This document shows, one piece after another, positions 38,415-48,438 of a stretch of DNA of 64,000 bases. The translations under genes and the position numbers were made by a program. This DNA is from Meyerozyma guilliermondii (taxonomy: Eukaryota). The stretch is from assembly GCA_051546255.1 (NCBI GenBank), contig CP128818.1, positions 1,054,001 to 1,118,000 on the forward strand. The letters run 5' to 3'. Position 1 is the first letter of the stretch. Every line of letters begins with the position of its first letter. The notes under the pieces are model-generated. The model was not told where the DNA came from and did no database searches. It was given only the letters and a program-made list of their open reading frames with translations.

Positions 38415-38549
38415 GAAGATTCGGAACTGCCCGAAACTGATAACCAGACCATACACCCGTACACCAACATAACAAAAGGCCCAGACACCACGAAAACAAT
38501 CCGATTCGCATCGGAATCAGCAACTACCCGTTTGCCACGAATTACCACC

Positions 38550-41120
38550 ATGTCATTTAAGGGCTTCAAAAGCTTTCGCGACAGCGCGACAAATGACGAC
38601 ACATCCACGGTTGTTGCCGATGAGCAAGCTGGGGCAAATGGACCAGCAAGTGTAATGTACATACCAGAAAATGGCGACTTTCTTGACGATTCTTCAACTC
38701 TTTTTAACGGTGTGGGAGCCGGAAAGTCGTCGAGACCGGCTCCAAATCGCCAGCAGCACCTCAATGCATCGCTACAACAGCTCCATTACAACGAAAATAG
38801 GGTGGCGCTTGATAGAGCCATCAATCTGACGGTGGAACTTATCCACGAGCTTTGCGGAGAAAACCAACAACGACCCATATTCTACCCTGCCGATGCCGAG
38901 GACAGCAGCCAGTTGCTACTCAACTCCACAAGAGCTCACTTGGCTTTGGTACGTAACAATAGCACTATTTCGGCGAAAACGTTGAGCAAAGCTAAAATCG
39001 ATGCGAAGGAAGAAGACATCCCCACGTTTCGTCTTCTCAAGTTGAACGTCAAGTTGAGTGCTAATCACAACGATAATTTGGTGCTGACATTGGACAAGTC
39101 GCTGATAGCCGCTCTTCTCGAACAAAAACTCAACCAGCAGATCAAGTACTTGTTGAACTTGAAAGAACGAGTAGACGATACTTCGTCAAAAGTGTTTGTT
39201 ACAGGAGACTTGAACGCTGGTAAGCTGACATTCTGCAATGCTCTCCTTCGGCGTAAAGTGCTTCCCGAAGACCAGCAGCCTTGTACGTCGGTCTTTTGTG
39301 AAGTGATCGATGCTGTAAATGAGAACCGCGGCGTAGAGGAGGTTCACGCGGTTCCCATCGGGGCCCAATACGATATAAAAGATGCTAGCACTTATGAGGT
39401 GCACCCTTTGAAGGAGCTTGAAGATCTCGTGTACGACTGTGACAAGTATAGCCTTCTCAAGGTGTATGTCATAGATAATCGTTCTCTTCAAGAAAGCTTG
39501 CTTCGCAATGGAATCGTCGATATAAAGCTTATTGATGCACCTGGTCTCAATATGGATCTGTTTCAGACCACCCAGGTGTTTTCCCGTCAAGAAGAAATCG
39601 ATTTGATTGTTTTTGTCGTCAATGCTGAAAACCACTTCACGTTGTCTGCAAAGGAATTCATTGCTGCCGCAGCGGCTGAAAAAAGGTATGTCTTCATCGT
39701 TGTTAATAAATTTGACAACATCAAAGACAAGAACAAGTGCATGAACAAGGTCTTGGAACAGGTAAAGAATTTGTCACCAGACACTTACAAAGATGCTCAG
39801 GAATTTGTGCATTTTGTAAGTTCAAGCGACTTTGATGGTGACGAAGATCCTAACCCTGACGATGGCCCTGACAACAATGGACCCAATGGACACCCAGACT
39901 TTGATAAGTTGGAGGCTTCGTTGCGGAAATTTGTGCTTGAAAAACGTGCACTTTCAAAGCTTCTTCCCGCCAAGAATTATCTCAACAACCTTCTTGATGA
40001 TCTTCAGACATTGGCCAAGGTAAATGAAAAAATGTACGCGGTGGAAAAAGAGGACAAAACTGCGGAACTCGAAAACCAGGTTGCACCTAGTTATAATAAG
40101 ATCAAGAGCAAGAGCAACAAAGCCGGTGATACCTTGCATAAACTCATTGAGGATACTTGCACTGAAGTTTATGAATCTACAAAGAAGCAAATATTGAACA
40201 CAGTCAATAATTTTGGGGATGAACAAATTGTGCCCTATCACGGATTGCAATACGTATACGAATACGCCAAGGAGACGCAGCAGGCAATGGTTGACACGAT
40301 TCTCTCGGCTTTGACATCTTGCGAAGAACAAGCTAAGATAAAGACGGAGAAGCAGGTGGAAGAAATTGTCAAGGTTGGTCAAGCTACACTTGGGGAAGGC
40401 TTTTTGCAAGGAAAAGTTTTCAAATCGGAGTTGATGTTTACAAGGCGCAGAGATACTATCAAGAGAAAAATCAACGATCAAATCGAAGTTTCAGATTTCT
40501 TTGATCCTTCCATCGATTCGTTTATGCTTTGGATGGGAATTCCTCGTCACTTTACTTCTCAATTTCAAGCTTACAACCCAGTGAATATTCTCAGTTCAGT
40601 GCCATCTTCAGCGGCCTCGCTCAAAAACCTGATACCATCGCAATTGACCTTGCATACTGTCTATTCCTCAACCAAATTATTGACTGCCGGTGCTCTTGTC
40701 AGAAAAATGTATTCGTTGACTTCCGTCCTCAATTCGACAACATTGAAAAAGATCGCAGGTCCAGTACTTATAGGTGTTGCTGGATTCTCGATCTATTATC
40801 TCATCAACGATATCCCCAATGCCTTTCCCAGAAAACAAGCACGCAAGATCAAGAAGCAAATCCAGGAGTTGGACTACTCGCATGTCAACGCCGACAGAAT
40901 CTCCAAGGAATGCAGACAAGTGTTGAACTATCCCACGAGACAAGTTTTGAACGGGTTCCAAACGAGCATCGACAAGAGATTGCTTGAGAAGGAAAAGCTT
41001 GAGAAACAGATCAAGGACGCCGACTTGAGCTACGGATACTTTCATGAGATGTTGGTGAAGATTCTGAACCAAAAGAGTCTGCTTGCACTGATTGAGTTGG
41101 AGGTTAATATCGTCGACTAA
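38550..41120 (+). CDS. FZO1: Mitofusin (mitochondrial fusion GTPase)
   Basis: SSKVFVTGDLNAGK(S)TFCNALLRRKVLPEDQQPCT, IDAPGLN, VVNKFD; C-terminal TM hairpin and coiled coil; start taken at MSFKG (the ORF is open from 38403). Confidence 0.93.
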   Translation: MSFKGFKSFRDSATNDDTSTVVADEQAGANGPASVMYIPENGDFLDDSSTLFNGVGAGKSSRPAPNRQQHLNASLQQLHYNENRVALDRAINLTVELIHELCGENQQRPIFYPADAEDSSQLLLNSTRAHLALVRNNSTISAKTLSKAKIDAKEEDIPTFRLLKLNVKLSANHNDNLVLTLDKSLIAALLEQKLNQQIKYLLNLKERVDDTSSKVFVTGDLNAGKLTFCNALLRRKVLPEDQQPCTSVFCEVIDAVNENRGVEEVHAVPIGAQYDIKDASTYEVHPLKELEDLVYDCDKYSLLKVYVIDNRSLQESLLRNGIVDIKLIDAPGLNMDLFQTTQVFSRQEEIDLIVFVVNAENHFTLSAKEFIAAAAAEKRYVFIVVNKFDNIKDKNKCMNKVLEQVKNLSPDTYKDAQEFVHFVSSSDFDGDEDPNPDDGPDNNGPNGHPDFDKLEASLRKFVLEKRALSKLLPAKNYLNNLLDDLQTLAKVNEKMYAVEKEDKTAELENQVAPSYNKIKSKSNKAGDTLHKLIEDTCTEVYESTKKQILNTVNNFGDEQIVPYHGLQYVYEYAKETQQAMVDTILSALTSCEEQAKIKTEKQVEEIVKVGQATLGEGFLQGKVFKSELMFTRRRDTIKRKINDQIEVSDFFDPSIDSFMLWMGIPRHFTSQFQAYNPVNILSSVPSSAASLKNLIPSQLTLHTVYSSTKLLTAGALVRKMYSLTSVLNSTTLKKIAGPVLIGVAGFSIYYLINDIPNAFPRKQARKIKKQIQELDYSHVNADRISKECRQVLNYPTRQVLNGFQTSIDKRLLEKEKLEKQIKDADLSYGYFHEMLVKILNQKSLLALIELEVNIVD

Positions 41121-41453
41121 TGAATAACGAACTGTACATAGTTTCTATAAATGATTGCGTTAACAAACTTCGTCTTCTAAACACCACTGACGCCACAAAT
41201 GGACCAAAATCTCCACGAACCTTCTAGATACGGCGAACGGAGATATAAGTGATTTTGCCAAGCTTTTTGGTTTCAGTTGCAAACTGTATTTGTAAGACAG
41301 GTTGCAGCCGCACGGAGATTACATTAAAGCCGTAATGCAACAAATGTGCTGACAGACGAAGGTGGCAATTAGAGGTGATTTGAAATCAGCTTGGCATATA
41401 AAAAGCACCAGTCATTTCAATTGATCATCAAAAACTTTAAACCATCCAAAAAA

Positions 41454-42209
41454 ATGACAAAAACTTATTTCATCACCGGCGCTAACCGCGGTATCGGACT
41501 TTCTATAGCCAAGCAATTGGCAGCCGACCCCGATGTTGAGGTTATTGCAACTGCCAGGAACCCTGCTAGCGCTGCTGACTTGCAAGAGTTGGCCAAATCC
41601 AATTCTCGTGTAAAGCTTGTTCAATTGGATGTGAGCGATGAGGACAGTATTAAGAAGGCTGGTGCCGAGGTTGCAAAATTGACAGATTCAATTGACGTTT
41701 TCATTAGCAACGGAGCCATTGGGGAGTCTTACACCTCTGTTTTGGAAACGTCGAAGGAGCAGTGGGTAAACCATTACAACACCAATGCTTTGGGTCCAGT
41801 CCTCTTGCTCAAACAGCTCTACCCACTTGTCAAGAAGGGTACTGAAAAGAAGATTATTTTTGTTTCCACTATGGCTGCTTCCTTGGGATTGACTCTCCCA
41901 ATCAACTTCTCTGCTTATGGACAATCGAAGGCTGCTCTTAATTACACTGTCAAGGATTTGGCCAAGGAATTGCGGGAGGATGGATCCATTGTTATCGCTG
42001 TTCACCCTGGTGTAGTTAGTACCGACATGAACAAGGCTGCTGCTCAATTTCTCAGCGAACAAAGTCCCGAGGCTGGGGAGTTCTTTGCGCTGAGCGAGAG
42101 CATTACTCCGGACAAGAGTGCTGAAGATTTGCTTGATTTGTTCAAGGGATTGACGGAGGAATCGAATGGAAAGTTTTTTAGCTACGACAAGTCTGAGATT
42201 CCATGGTAG
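41454..42209 (+). CDS. Short-chain dehydrogenase/reductase
   Basis: ITGANRGIG, YGQSK, VHPGVVSTDM; TATA about 41397. Confidence 0.92.
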   Translation: MTKTYFITGANRGIGLSIAKQLAADPDVEVIATARNPASAADLQELAKSNSRVKLVQLDVSDEDSIKKAGAEVAKLTDSIDVFISNGAIGESYTSVLETSKEQWVNHYNTNALGPVLLLKQLYPLVKKGTEKKIIFVSTMAASLGLTLPINFSAYGQSKAALNYTVKDLAKELREDGSIVIAVHPGVVSTDMNKAAAQFLSEQSPEAGEFFALSESITPDKSAEDLLDLFKGLTEESNGKFFSYDKSEIPW

Positions 42210-42847
42210 ATGACCAAGAGACAAACTTTATTGTCGGTAGTGGACTTCAATTGCAGATTGGGTAAATTTTGCAGCCATTGAATATAAGCTTTCGAGCATA
42301 AATAGAATGAAGTTTGGACCCATTACTTGACTCAAGTGCAAGCCTTTTCCAATTCGGATTATTTTGGCTCATGAATTTGTATCACAGTCACAAGGTTCAG
42401 TCAGTAACTTTCAGCCAATGCCTGAGCAATTCTGTTTTCAGTATCTCTAGGAAAATGATAATATGATCTGTAACTAGAATCATCAGAGATACTCTGATTT
42501 TTTCACTGTACAAGTATCTTTCTCGCTCTCAAGAATATAGACAAAAAGCTTTCATTTTGACTGAGTTTGTTTCGTAAGTTTTTCAAATTTATTGTCATCG
42601 TCGGCGAAGCTGCCGGATAAACAAGACCGGTGCCAAGGTAGACTCTCACCTGCCTTGGAAACTGATGAGTCTCGGGCAACCCTCATGAAATTGACTCAAA
42701 GGTGAGATTATATTTTCGTCATATACGACATCTTGCTCTTCGAACATAGCGAGTACTTTCAATTATAGCCCTGCTATTCTTGGATGAAAGAGACTTGTCG
42801 AAACAGCCTTCTTGTCGAGATTTGTTGTTGATTTGATTCTTCGTCGT

Positions 42848-44167
42848 CTATAACCACTTACGTTGAGCCCACATGAGTCCCATGGCAACGAAGAATATTG
42901 CAACTCCAAGGTAAAAACTGAGCTGGAAAACGGGCCTATAGCAGTTATTGCCCAAGTAGCACACCCCAGTATTTGCATCGGTATTGCTGTCGAAAATGCG
43001 ACCGAAATACTTGTTTAGAATGTAGAGCGTTATCAGCGGTCCTGTGCATATGAGACCCCAAGTTGTGGAGAAAGTATCGGTTCCAAATTCGTCAGCCATT
43101 ATAGCAGGGTAGGTTCCAAAAATCAACCCGTAACTGCCTCCAATAACTGCCGATGTTACGGCAAGTAATGAAAGGTTATTTGAGTATACCAAGATCAATT
43201 GACCACAAGCAAGAGCTAATGTAGTTGTTAGCACAATCCATAGGCGCTGGAGTTTGAACTTTTTGTGCAAAATGTCCGAAAATATTCCAGATAGTAACCG
43301 ACCGGAAAAACTTGCAATTGATATAAGACCAACTTGAAGTGCCTGAACTGTCTCTACGTCAGAAGCTGATGACTTTGCGTAGGTTACTTGGGCAGAAACC
43401 ACAAATCCCACAGAATAAATATACATCTGGCCAATTCCACTTAAAACAGACACTATGAGGTAATGGCATAAGAACTTTTTGCTGGTTAGCAACACTAAAA
43501 CGGGCGAGTTTGCTGGCTCCGGCAAGTGTTCAGAGGGAGGATGGTGGTCGTGAGAGTGTGTGGGATCGGTCCCTGTTAACAAAGCCGATTCTTCGTCGAA
43601 TGAGGGAGGAAGTGGAGTTTTCAATTGTACGAAATAAGAGCACAAAAGTGTCACCGAGCCACAAAACAAGGCCAAAAAGCCCAAAAAACCCCCAGTATTG
43701 TTTTTGAAATAATGTGCTGCAATCACGGAGAAAATGGTGGCAGATAAGCCATAACCGCTTACAGGAATAGCACCGGCAGAACCTCTATGTTTCGGAAAAT
43801 TAGCCTGTGCCGCTTTTATGGTTGCAAAATAACTGATGATAGAACCAAAACCAACGAGAACCATCGCAACACAAATGAACGGCATGTTTGCCCACCGGTG
43901 AACATATACCTCGTGAACTCCAAAGTATCCCATCATGATGCAAATGGACCCTATAAGTATGGACATCGGAGGATCCTTTGCATCGATGATTAATCCGGCT
44001 GGGAACCCACCGAGTCCCGACCCAATATTTGACGCCAAAGAAATGGTTGCAGAATGCAGTGCCGTCAATCCCACTCGCTTCACAAGTTGCGGGGCGTAAA
44101 CTCCATACAAGTATGGTGTACCAGACGCCAATGCAACAAGAACAGACGCCAATAGCGAAATTATCAT
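42848..44167 (-). CDS. MFS transporter, Mch1/nodulin-like
   Basis: ASGTPYLYGVYAPQL, NFPKHRGSAGAIPVSGYGLSA, GQMYIYSVG, GRLLSGIFSD, FSTTWG; start uncertain. Confidence 0.82.
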   Translation of the reverse strand: MIISLLASVLVALASGTPYLYGVYAPQLVKRVGLTALHSATISLASNIGSGLGGFPAGLIIDAKDPPMSILIGSICIMMGYFGVHEVYVHRWANMPFICVAMVLVGFGSIISYFATIKAAQANFPKHRGSAGAIPVSGYGLSATIFSVIAAHYFKNNTGGFLGFLALFCGSVTLLCSYFVQLKTPLPPSFDEESALLTGTDPTHSHDHHPPSEHLPEPANSPVLVLLTSKKFLCHYLIVSVLSGIGQMYIYSVGFVVSAQVTYAKSSASDVETVQALQVGLISIASFSGRLLSGIFSDILHKKFKLQRLWIVLTTTLALACGQLILVYSNNLSLLAVTSAVIGGSYGLIFGTYPAIMADEFGTDTFSTTWGLICTGPLITLYILNKYFGRIFDSNTDANTGVCYLGNNCYRPVFQLSFYLGVAIFFVAMGLMWAQRKWL

Positions 44168-44316
44168 CTTCAATTTAGCCTTATCAGTTCTCCGTTGCTT
44201 GCACCCGCACTGTGCCGCACATCGCATGCATCGCATTGCATGCAGTTCCCTCTCGTTTTTGAGTGCGTCGACGCACACCAAAATTAATCCGCGACTACAT
44301 AGTTGCAACTTTCATA

Positions 44317-44670
44317 ATGGGCAGGCTAGACAACACTGAGTTTCTCCGGACTCTCCTGGAGGCATTAACGGAGAACGGGGGCAAAAAATCAGTATATTTG
44401 ACGCAAAAGAGAATGGATCTGCCGGTGGAAGATCATCATTTGGGCGATTTACCATCGAACGTCGTCAATACCGAAGGATATCCTACCAACACATCGACGT
44501 ATCCTGTGTTGATACGAGCCTCGCTAAACGGCAAGAAGACGAGGATATCAACTGTAGTGCAAGTAGACCAGTTGGACGCCTTCTGGACGGAATATGTGCA
44601 GATTCTCAAAACTGGGTTGATCGGGTTGCGCAAGAAAGACAAACGGAAAAAGAAAAAGGGAGGTAAATAG
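44317..44670 (+). CDS. SRP14: Signal recognition particle subunit Srp14
   Basis: LDNTEFL, SVYLTQKR, LIRAS, ISTVV, GLRKKDKRKKKK. Confidence 0.9.
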   Translation: MGRLDNTEFLRTLLEALTENGGKKSVYLTQKRMDLPVEDHHLGDLPSNVVNTEGYPTNTSTYPVLIRASLNGKKTRISTVVQVDQLDAFWTEYVQILKTGLIGLRKKDKRKKKKGGK

Positions 44671-44723
44671 TTAATTTAATGAAGAATGAAGCACTGTCAA
44701 TAGCAATGCAGGTTGTATCGTAG

Positions 44724-46133
44724 CTATATATCCTCTACTATAAGCATTCCATTGGGGTAGATGAAATTGACATCTCGAACAGAACTTTCCCAAAAATCTT
44801 TGAGCAGGCTTCTTGGAGGCACCGAGGAAACCAAGCTGAACTTGAAGTCGTCAGGAGCAATTTCGAGAGACATGAGAGAATTTTGGGAATTTTGACCATT
44901 TTGAGAGCTTAGAGTTTGCGGTTCAGTGTCGTATCCTCTTCTGTGAATTTCCACAAACTCGTAGATTTCTGCAACTTTGGTGGTGCTTGGGAGTGTAAGT
45001 GTTACTCTATTTCCATTGGAGAACCGAATGCCCACACGAGCAGAATCTGGCAGTTGCGAATTTTGAAGTTGCAAAAAATGTTCAACTTTCAGCTGCAAAT
45101 ATGCCAGCAATTTACCTTCTCTCTCACGTTTAAGTTTCTTGGCTTTGTCACGGGCCAACGAGTTCTGGTAGCTTATATCTTGTTGTTTAACGAGCACCTG
45201 GCTCATATACTTGTTCATTAACTCATGACGAATTTCTCGAAGATCCGCCTCATACTTGTTAATTCGATTTTTGAATTTATTGCTGATGATCGCCTGGGCC
45301 CTGGCACGATCCTTGACCCGTCCTTGAACTTTCAGCACCAAAGAAATCTTGGGGGCTGATTTTACTGGACCCAGAGGCATCATGGTGGTGGAACGAGTGA
45401 GACACATAAGCCCAAGAAATGGAAATCTGGTGACATTAAGCGAGTTTGCAAGCTGATAAGACTCAGAACTTGTAAGATCTCCGCCCCATATTATGTAGTC
45501 TGGGTCATTAAAGATAGAGGTGAATTCGGGAGCCGTTATGATGTTCTCAAACATTCCGGAAGAATTTTCTGAGCGGGGATGTGCCAAATATACAAAAAGA
45601 AACTTGGCTCTGTTGGTGGCCATAAAGAGAGCCTGGGTGTAACTTCCTTGAAAAAACGGCGGAAGCGTATGCATTGGTTCTGATGGTTGCAAATTATATT
45701 CGAGCTCTCGGATAAACTTATTGGCATTGTCGATGGGGTCTGAAGGATTATTTGCCGTAGCAGCGTATTCATCTCGGAAATAGATGACGTTGATGAAAGC
45801 AGCAACCACGCGACAAATGAGTACCAGAACCACCATCAATGGCTTGTATACGAGGAGTTGGCAGATGGTGCTGAATCGGAACAATACATGGTTTAAATTA
45901 TGCGATGTTAATGCTGCCCGCGGCGCGGTTGCAGGTTCTTCGCCGATAGGTGCATCCCCCGGTAATCGATTATGACCCTCGGAAACATTGGAATTCGCCA
46001 CTTGATTACCCTCGGGAGTCGCTGCAAACGATCCCGGAACCCGCACCTGGCTTTCTGGGTCCTCGGAAGTGCTGACAGGCGCATACTGCTGCCCAAGGAA
46101 GCGGCGTGCCAAATTGTCAAATAAACTTGTCAT
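44724..46133 (-). CDS. UBX3: UAS/UBX-domain protein (Ubx3/FAF2-like)
   Basis: LPPFFQGSYTQAL, IWGGDL.SSESYQLANSLNVTRFPFLGL, C-terminal UBX ending YPNG. Confidence 0.75.
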   Translation of the reverse strand: MTSLFDNLARRFLGQQYAPVSTSEDPESQVRVPGSFAATPEGNQVANSNVSEGHNRLPGDAPIGEEPATAPRAALTSHNLNHVLFRFSTICQLLVYKPLMVVLVLICRVVAAFINVIYFRDEYAATANNPSDPIDNANKFIRELEYNLQPSEPMHTLPPFFQGSYTQALFMATNRAKFLFVYLAHPRSENSSGMFENIITAPEFTSIFNDPDYIIWGGDLTSSESYQLANSLNVTRFPFLGLMCLTRSTTMMPLGPVKSAPKISLVLKVQGRVKDRARAQAIISNKFKNRINKYEADLREIRHELMNKYMSQVLVKQQDISYQNSLARDKAKKLKREREGKLLAYLQLKVEHFLQLQNSQLPDSARVGIRFSNGNRVTLTLPSTTKVAEIYEFVEIHRRGYDTEPQTLSSQNGQNSQNSLMSLEIAPDDFKFSLVSSVPPRSLLKDFWESSVRDVNFIYPNGMLIVEDI

Positions 46134-46543
46134 GTAAGCCTGGTGAGAGTGAGCTGGGAAATTATGTATCGGAGTGCATATAGTGCGCGTGAGATATTCC
46201 CAGAACCGATTGATCTATTCAACTAATAGTCAGAAAATATAAAGTTGAACTGCAGAAAACAAACCAATTTCGTCAAGGTTGTAGCTTTATTTTCATTAAG
46301 ATCAATTTTTGATGTTTTTAATAAAGTTGATTTGCTCTTTCAAATATTGAAAATATGAATAAGCCGCAGAGTTCATATAAAGTCTTGTATTGCTTGGAAT
46401 ACAGAATTAGACTAGTGTACCGAATCCTCAATTGAACTAGAATCGTCGGCACAAATGGGTGCAACATGAGCACTTTTTAGAGTTTGCGAAATCCTTTTCT
46501 GCATGAAACATATTGATAGGGCACTTCAAGCTGTCAAGTAATC

Positions 46544-46616
46544 GCCTGCGTAGCGTAATGGTTAACGCGTTTGACTTCTAATCAAAAGATTGCGGGTTCG
46601 ACTCCCGCCGTGGGTT
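46544..46616 (+). tRNA. tRNA-Arg(UCU)
   Basis: Acceptor GCCTGCG/CGTGGGT; anticodon arm TTTGA-CTTCTAA-TCAAA; T arm GCGGG-TTCGACT-CCCGC. Confidence 0.95.
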
Positions 46617-46621
46617 TACTT

Positions 46622-46711
46622 GCGGATTTAGCTCAGTTGGGAGAGCGCCAGACTGAAGTCGACTTCAGTCAAGAAATCTGGAGGTCCTGTGTTCGATCCA
46701 CAGAATTCGCA
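46622..46711 (+). tRNA. tRNA-Phe(GAA) with a 17-nt intron (46659-46675)
   Basis: Exons match the canonical yeast tRNA-Phe (GCGGATTTAGCTCAGTTGGGAGAGCGCCAGACTGAAG / ATCTGGAGGTCCTGTGTTCGATCCACAGAATTCGCA). Confidence 0.97.
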
Positions 46712-46718
46712 TTTTTTT
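46712..46718 (+). terminator. Pol III oligo-T terminator for the tRNA pair
   Basis: TTTTTTT immediately after tRNA-Phe. Confidence 0.8.
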
Positions 46719-46959
46719 GTTCAACAGAGTAATTTATTTTTTGCAACCGAAAAGTGACCGGCGGCTACGGTTGGTATTTAATTTGAAGTGAGGCTACAAG
46801 TAAAACAAGATTTCACTTCATTATCATATCGTGGCTGCAAATTTGTTGTCTAGTGTGGCCTATAAATTATACTTCGTTTCCTTCAATTTTTCAATTTCTT
46901 CAAATTGTTCAATTTTTTCAGGTTTTGAATTTCTTCAGTTTCTTCTGTCTTTTACTTCT

Positions 46960-48300
46960 TCATTCTTCCTTCTTTTTTCTCATAATTTTTCGGCATTTCT
47001 CCACAGCGTCTATGGGAATACCAATGACTGGATGCACGGCGACGGTATAAGCTTGTGGGTTCTCATTTGCAGCCAATCTATAAGCTATTGTATCTTCAGT
47101 GGTGTTTTCATCTGTTTCTTCCTTTAAAAAGTACTCATGTTGTGCTATGCTCAAACCAGAAAGCACATAGTTGGTGTGATAAAAGTCCACCAGTTTTCCA
47201 GGTTTATCACGAAAGCCACCCAGTTCGAGCTGACAGCACTTTAGTATATACACCTCTAAGGCTTCTCTATCAAAGAGCGGATGGAAACTAGTGATGGCTT
47301 CAAGCAAGGGAAATGTTGCACCCACCCAGTAGCTGTAGCAGCCGTCCACCAACTTGCCAGTTCTGCCTGAAAGGCCCCCTTCCAACTGGTGCTGGCGCAT
47401 CACCGACCATCTGGTGAACGAATTGATATCAAAATCATCATTTGTGGGCGTTTGGCTCAAAACTAGAAAGTAACTTGCCAAGGCACAGTACAGGTACCCG
47501 CCATGAGCCTCGGTATTTGGACATCCAGCGAACCCTCCTTCGTAGGTTTGGCAACTAGAAACCCACCCGAGAGTGTTGTGCGAGAGCTCAGGCGTTAGTA
47601 TGTCCAATAGCGAAGCCACGACCAAAACACAGTAGGTTGAACGGGTATCGCTTTCACCATTTTTGTGCATTATGAACGAACCATCCGGCTGCTTCAACGA
47701 CATAAACCACTTGTAAAGGTTATTTCGGATCTCCAAAAGCGTCTCCCAGTCTTCTACAAGTACCAACGCCAACACTGAAGCATAGGTAGAGGCACAATGG
47801 CCGATTTGGCCCACTCCGCTGCCTATACCTCCACGGCCATCGTCGACGATATGACGACGAATTTTGTCTTTGACAAGACTTTTGGTTTTTTCGTCAATCT
47901 CATGGTTCATAACAGCATACGAGTTGAGCAACCAGTACAACATCCACCCATGGTTGGCATCTAGAACCACATATGGACTGGGAAGCGGAGTGTGAAGATT
48001 GTGCTCAACGTAGTCTAGATGTTTATCCAAGAAGAATTGAGCTTTAAGGTTTGACCCTCCTCTTTTGTAGATTCTCTCGATACGACTACTGACCTCTGCT
48101 TGGGCCTCGGATGTTTCGCTGGAATATTCTTCGGCCATCACCGGCGGCTCTCCAAGCATCATTGTCACTTTTTCAGCAATGGACTTTGCGGATTCTTCCA
48201 CATTAAGGGATTTTATGATATCCTCAAACTGCCCGTCGGACACAGAACCCATGTTGCCGCGCATTAGCTGGAGAAGATACGCGGCGCTTTTATGGGACAT
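46960..48300 (-). CDS. RAM1: Protein farnesyltransferase beta subunit
   Basis: LDANHGWMLYW, GESDTRSTYC, CQTYEGGF, EAHGGY, GRTGKLVDGCYSYW, GGFRDKPGK.VDFYHTNY. Confidence 0.92.
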   Translation of the reverse strand: MSHKSAAYLLQLMRGNMGSVSDGQFEDIIKSLNVEESAKSIAEKVTMMLGEPPVMAEEYSSETSEAQAEVSSRIERIYKRGGSNLKAQFFLDKHLDYVEHNLHTPLPSPYVVLDANHGWMLYWLLNSYAVMNHEIDEKTKSLVKDKIRRHIVDDGRGGIGSGVGQIGHCASTYASVLALVLVEDWETLLEIRNNLYKWFMSLKQPDGSFIMHKNGESDTRSTYCVLVVASLLDILTPELSHNTLGWVSSCQTYEGGFAGCPNTEAHGGYLYCALASYFLVLSQTPTNDDFDINSFTRWSVMRQHQLEGGLSGRTGKLVDGCYSYWVGATFPLLEAITSFHPLFDREALEVYILKCCQLELGGFRDKPGKLVDFYHTNYVLSGLSIAQHEYFLKEETDENTTEDTIAYRLAANENPQAYTVAVHPVIGIPIDAVEKCRKIMRKKKEE

Positions 48301-48438
48301 GGACCATGAACCAGAATGATGGAATTTCCTAATGGGGACTGCACAATGAGCTGCGATTGCGAAAAAAAGGATTGATCGATACTGAATAATTGCGAATTTA
48401 AAAAAGTTCTTCCTTGATGCATTATTATACTAGTTCCA

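Noticed and set aside
38403..38549. Overlap of the FZO1 and DAL3 coding starts
   Set aside because: Resolved by using downstream ATGs (38550 and 38414); the extensions look like open UTR
42662..42700. Hammerhead ribozyme core (CTGATGA...GAAA)
   Set aside because: No proper stem II closing pair and no stem III/NUH cleavage triplet could be built
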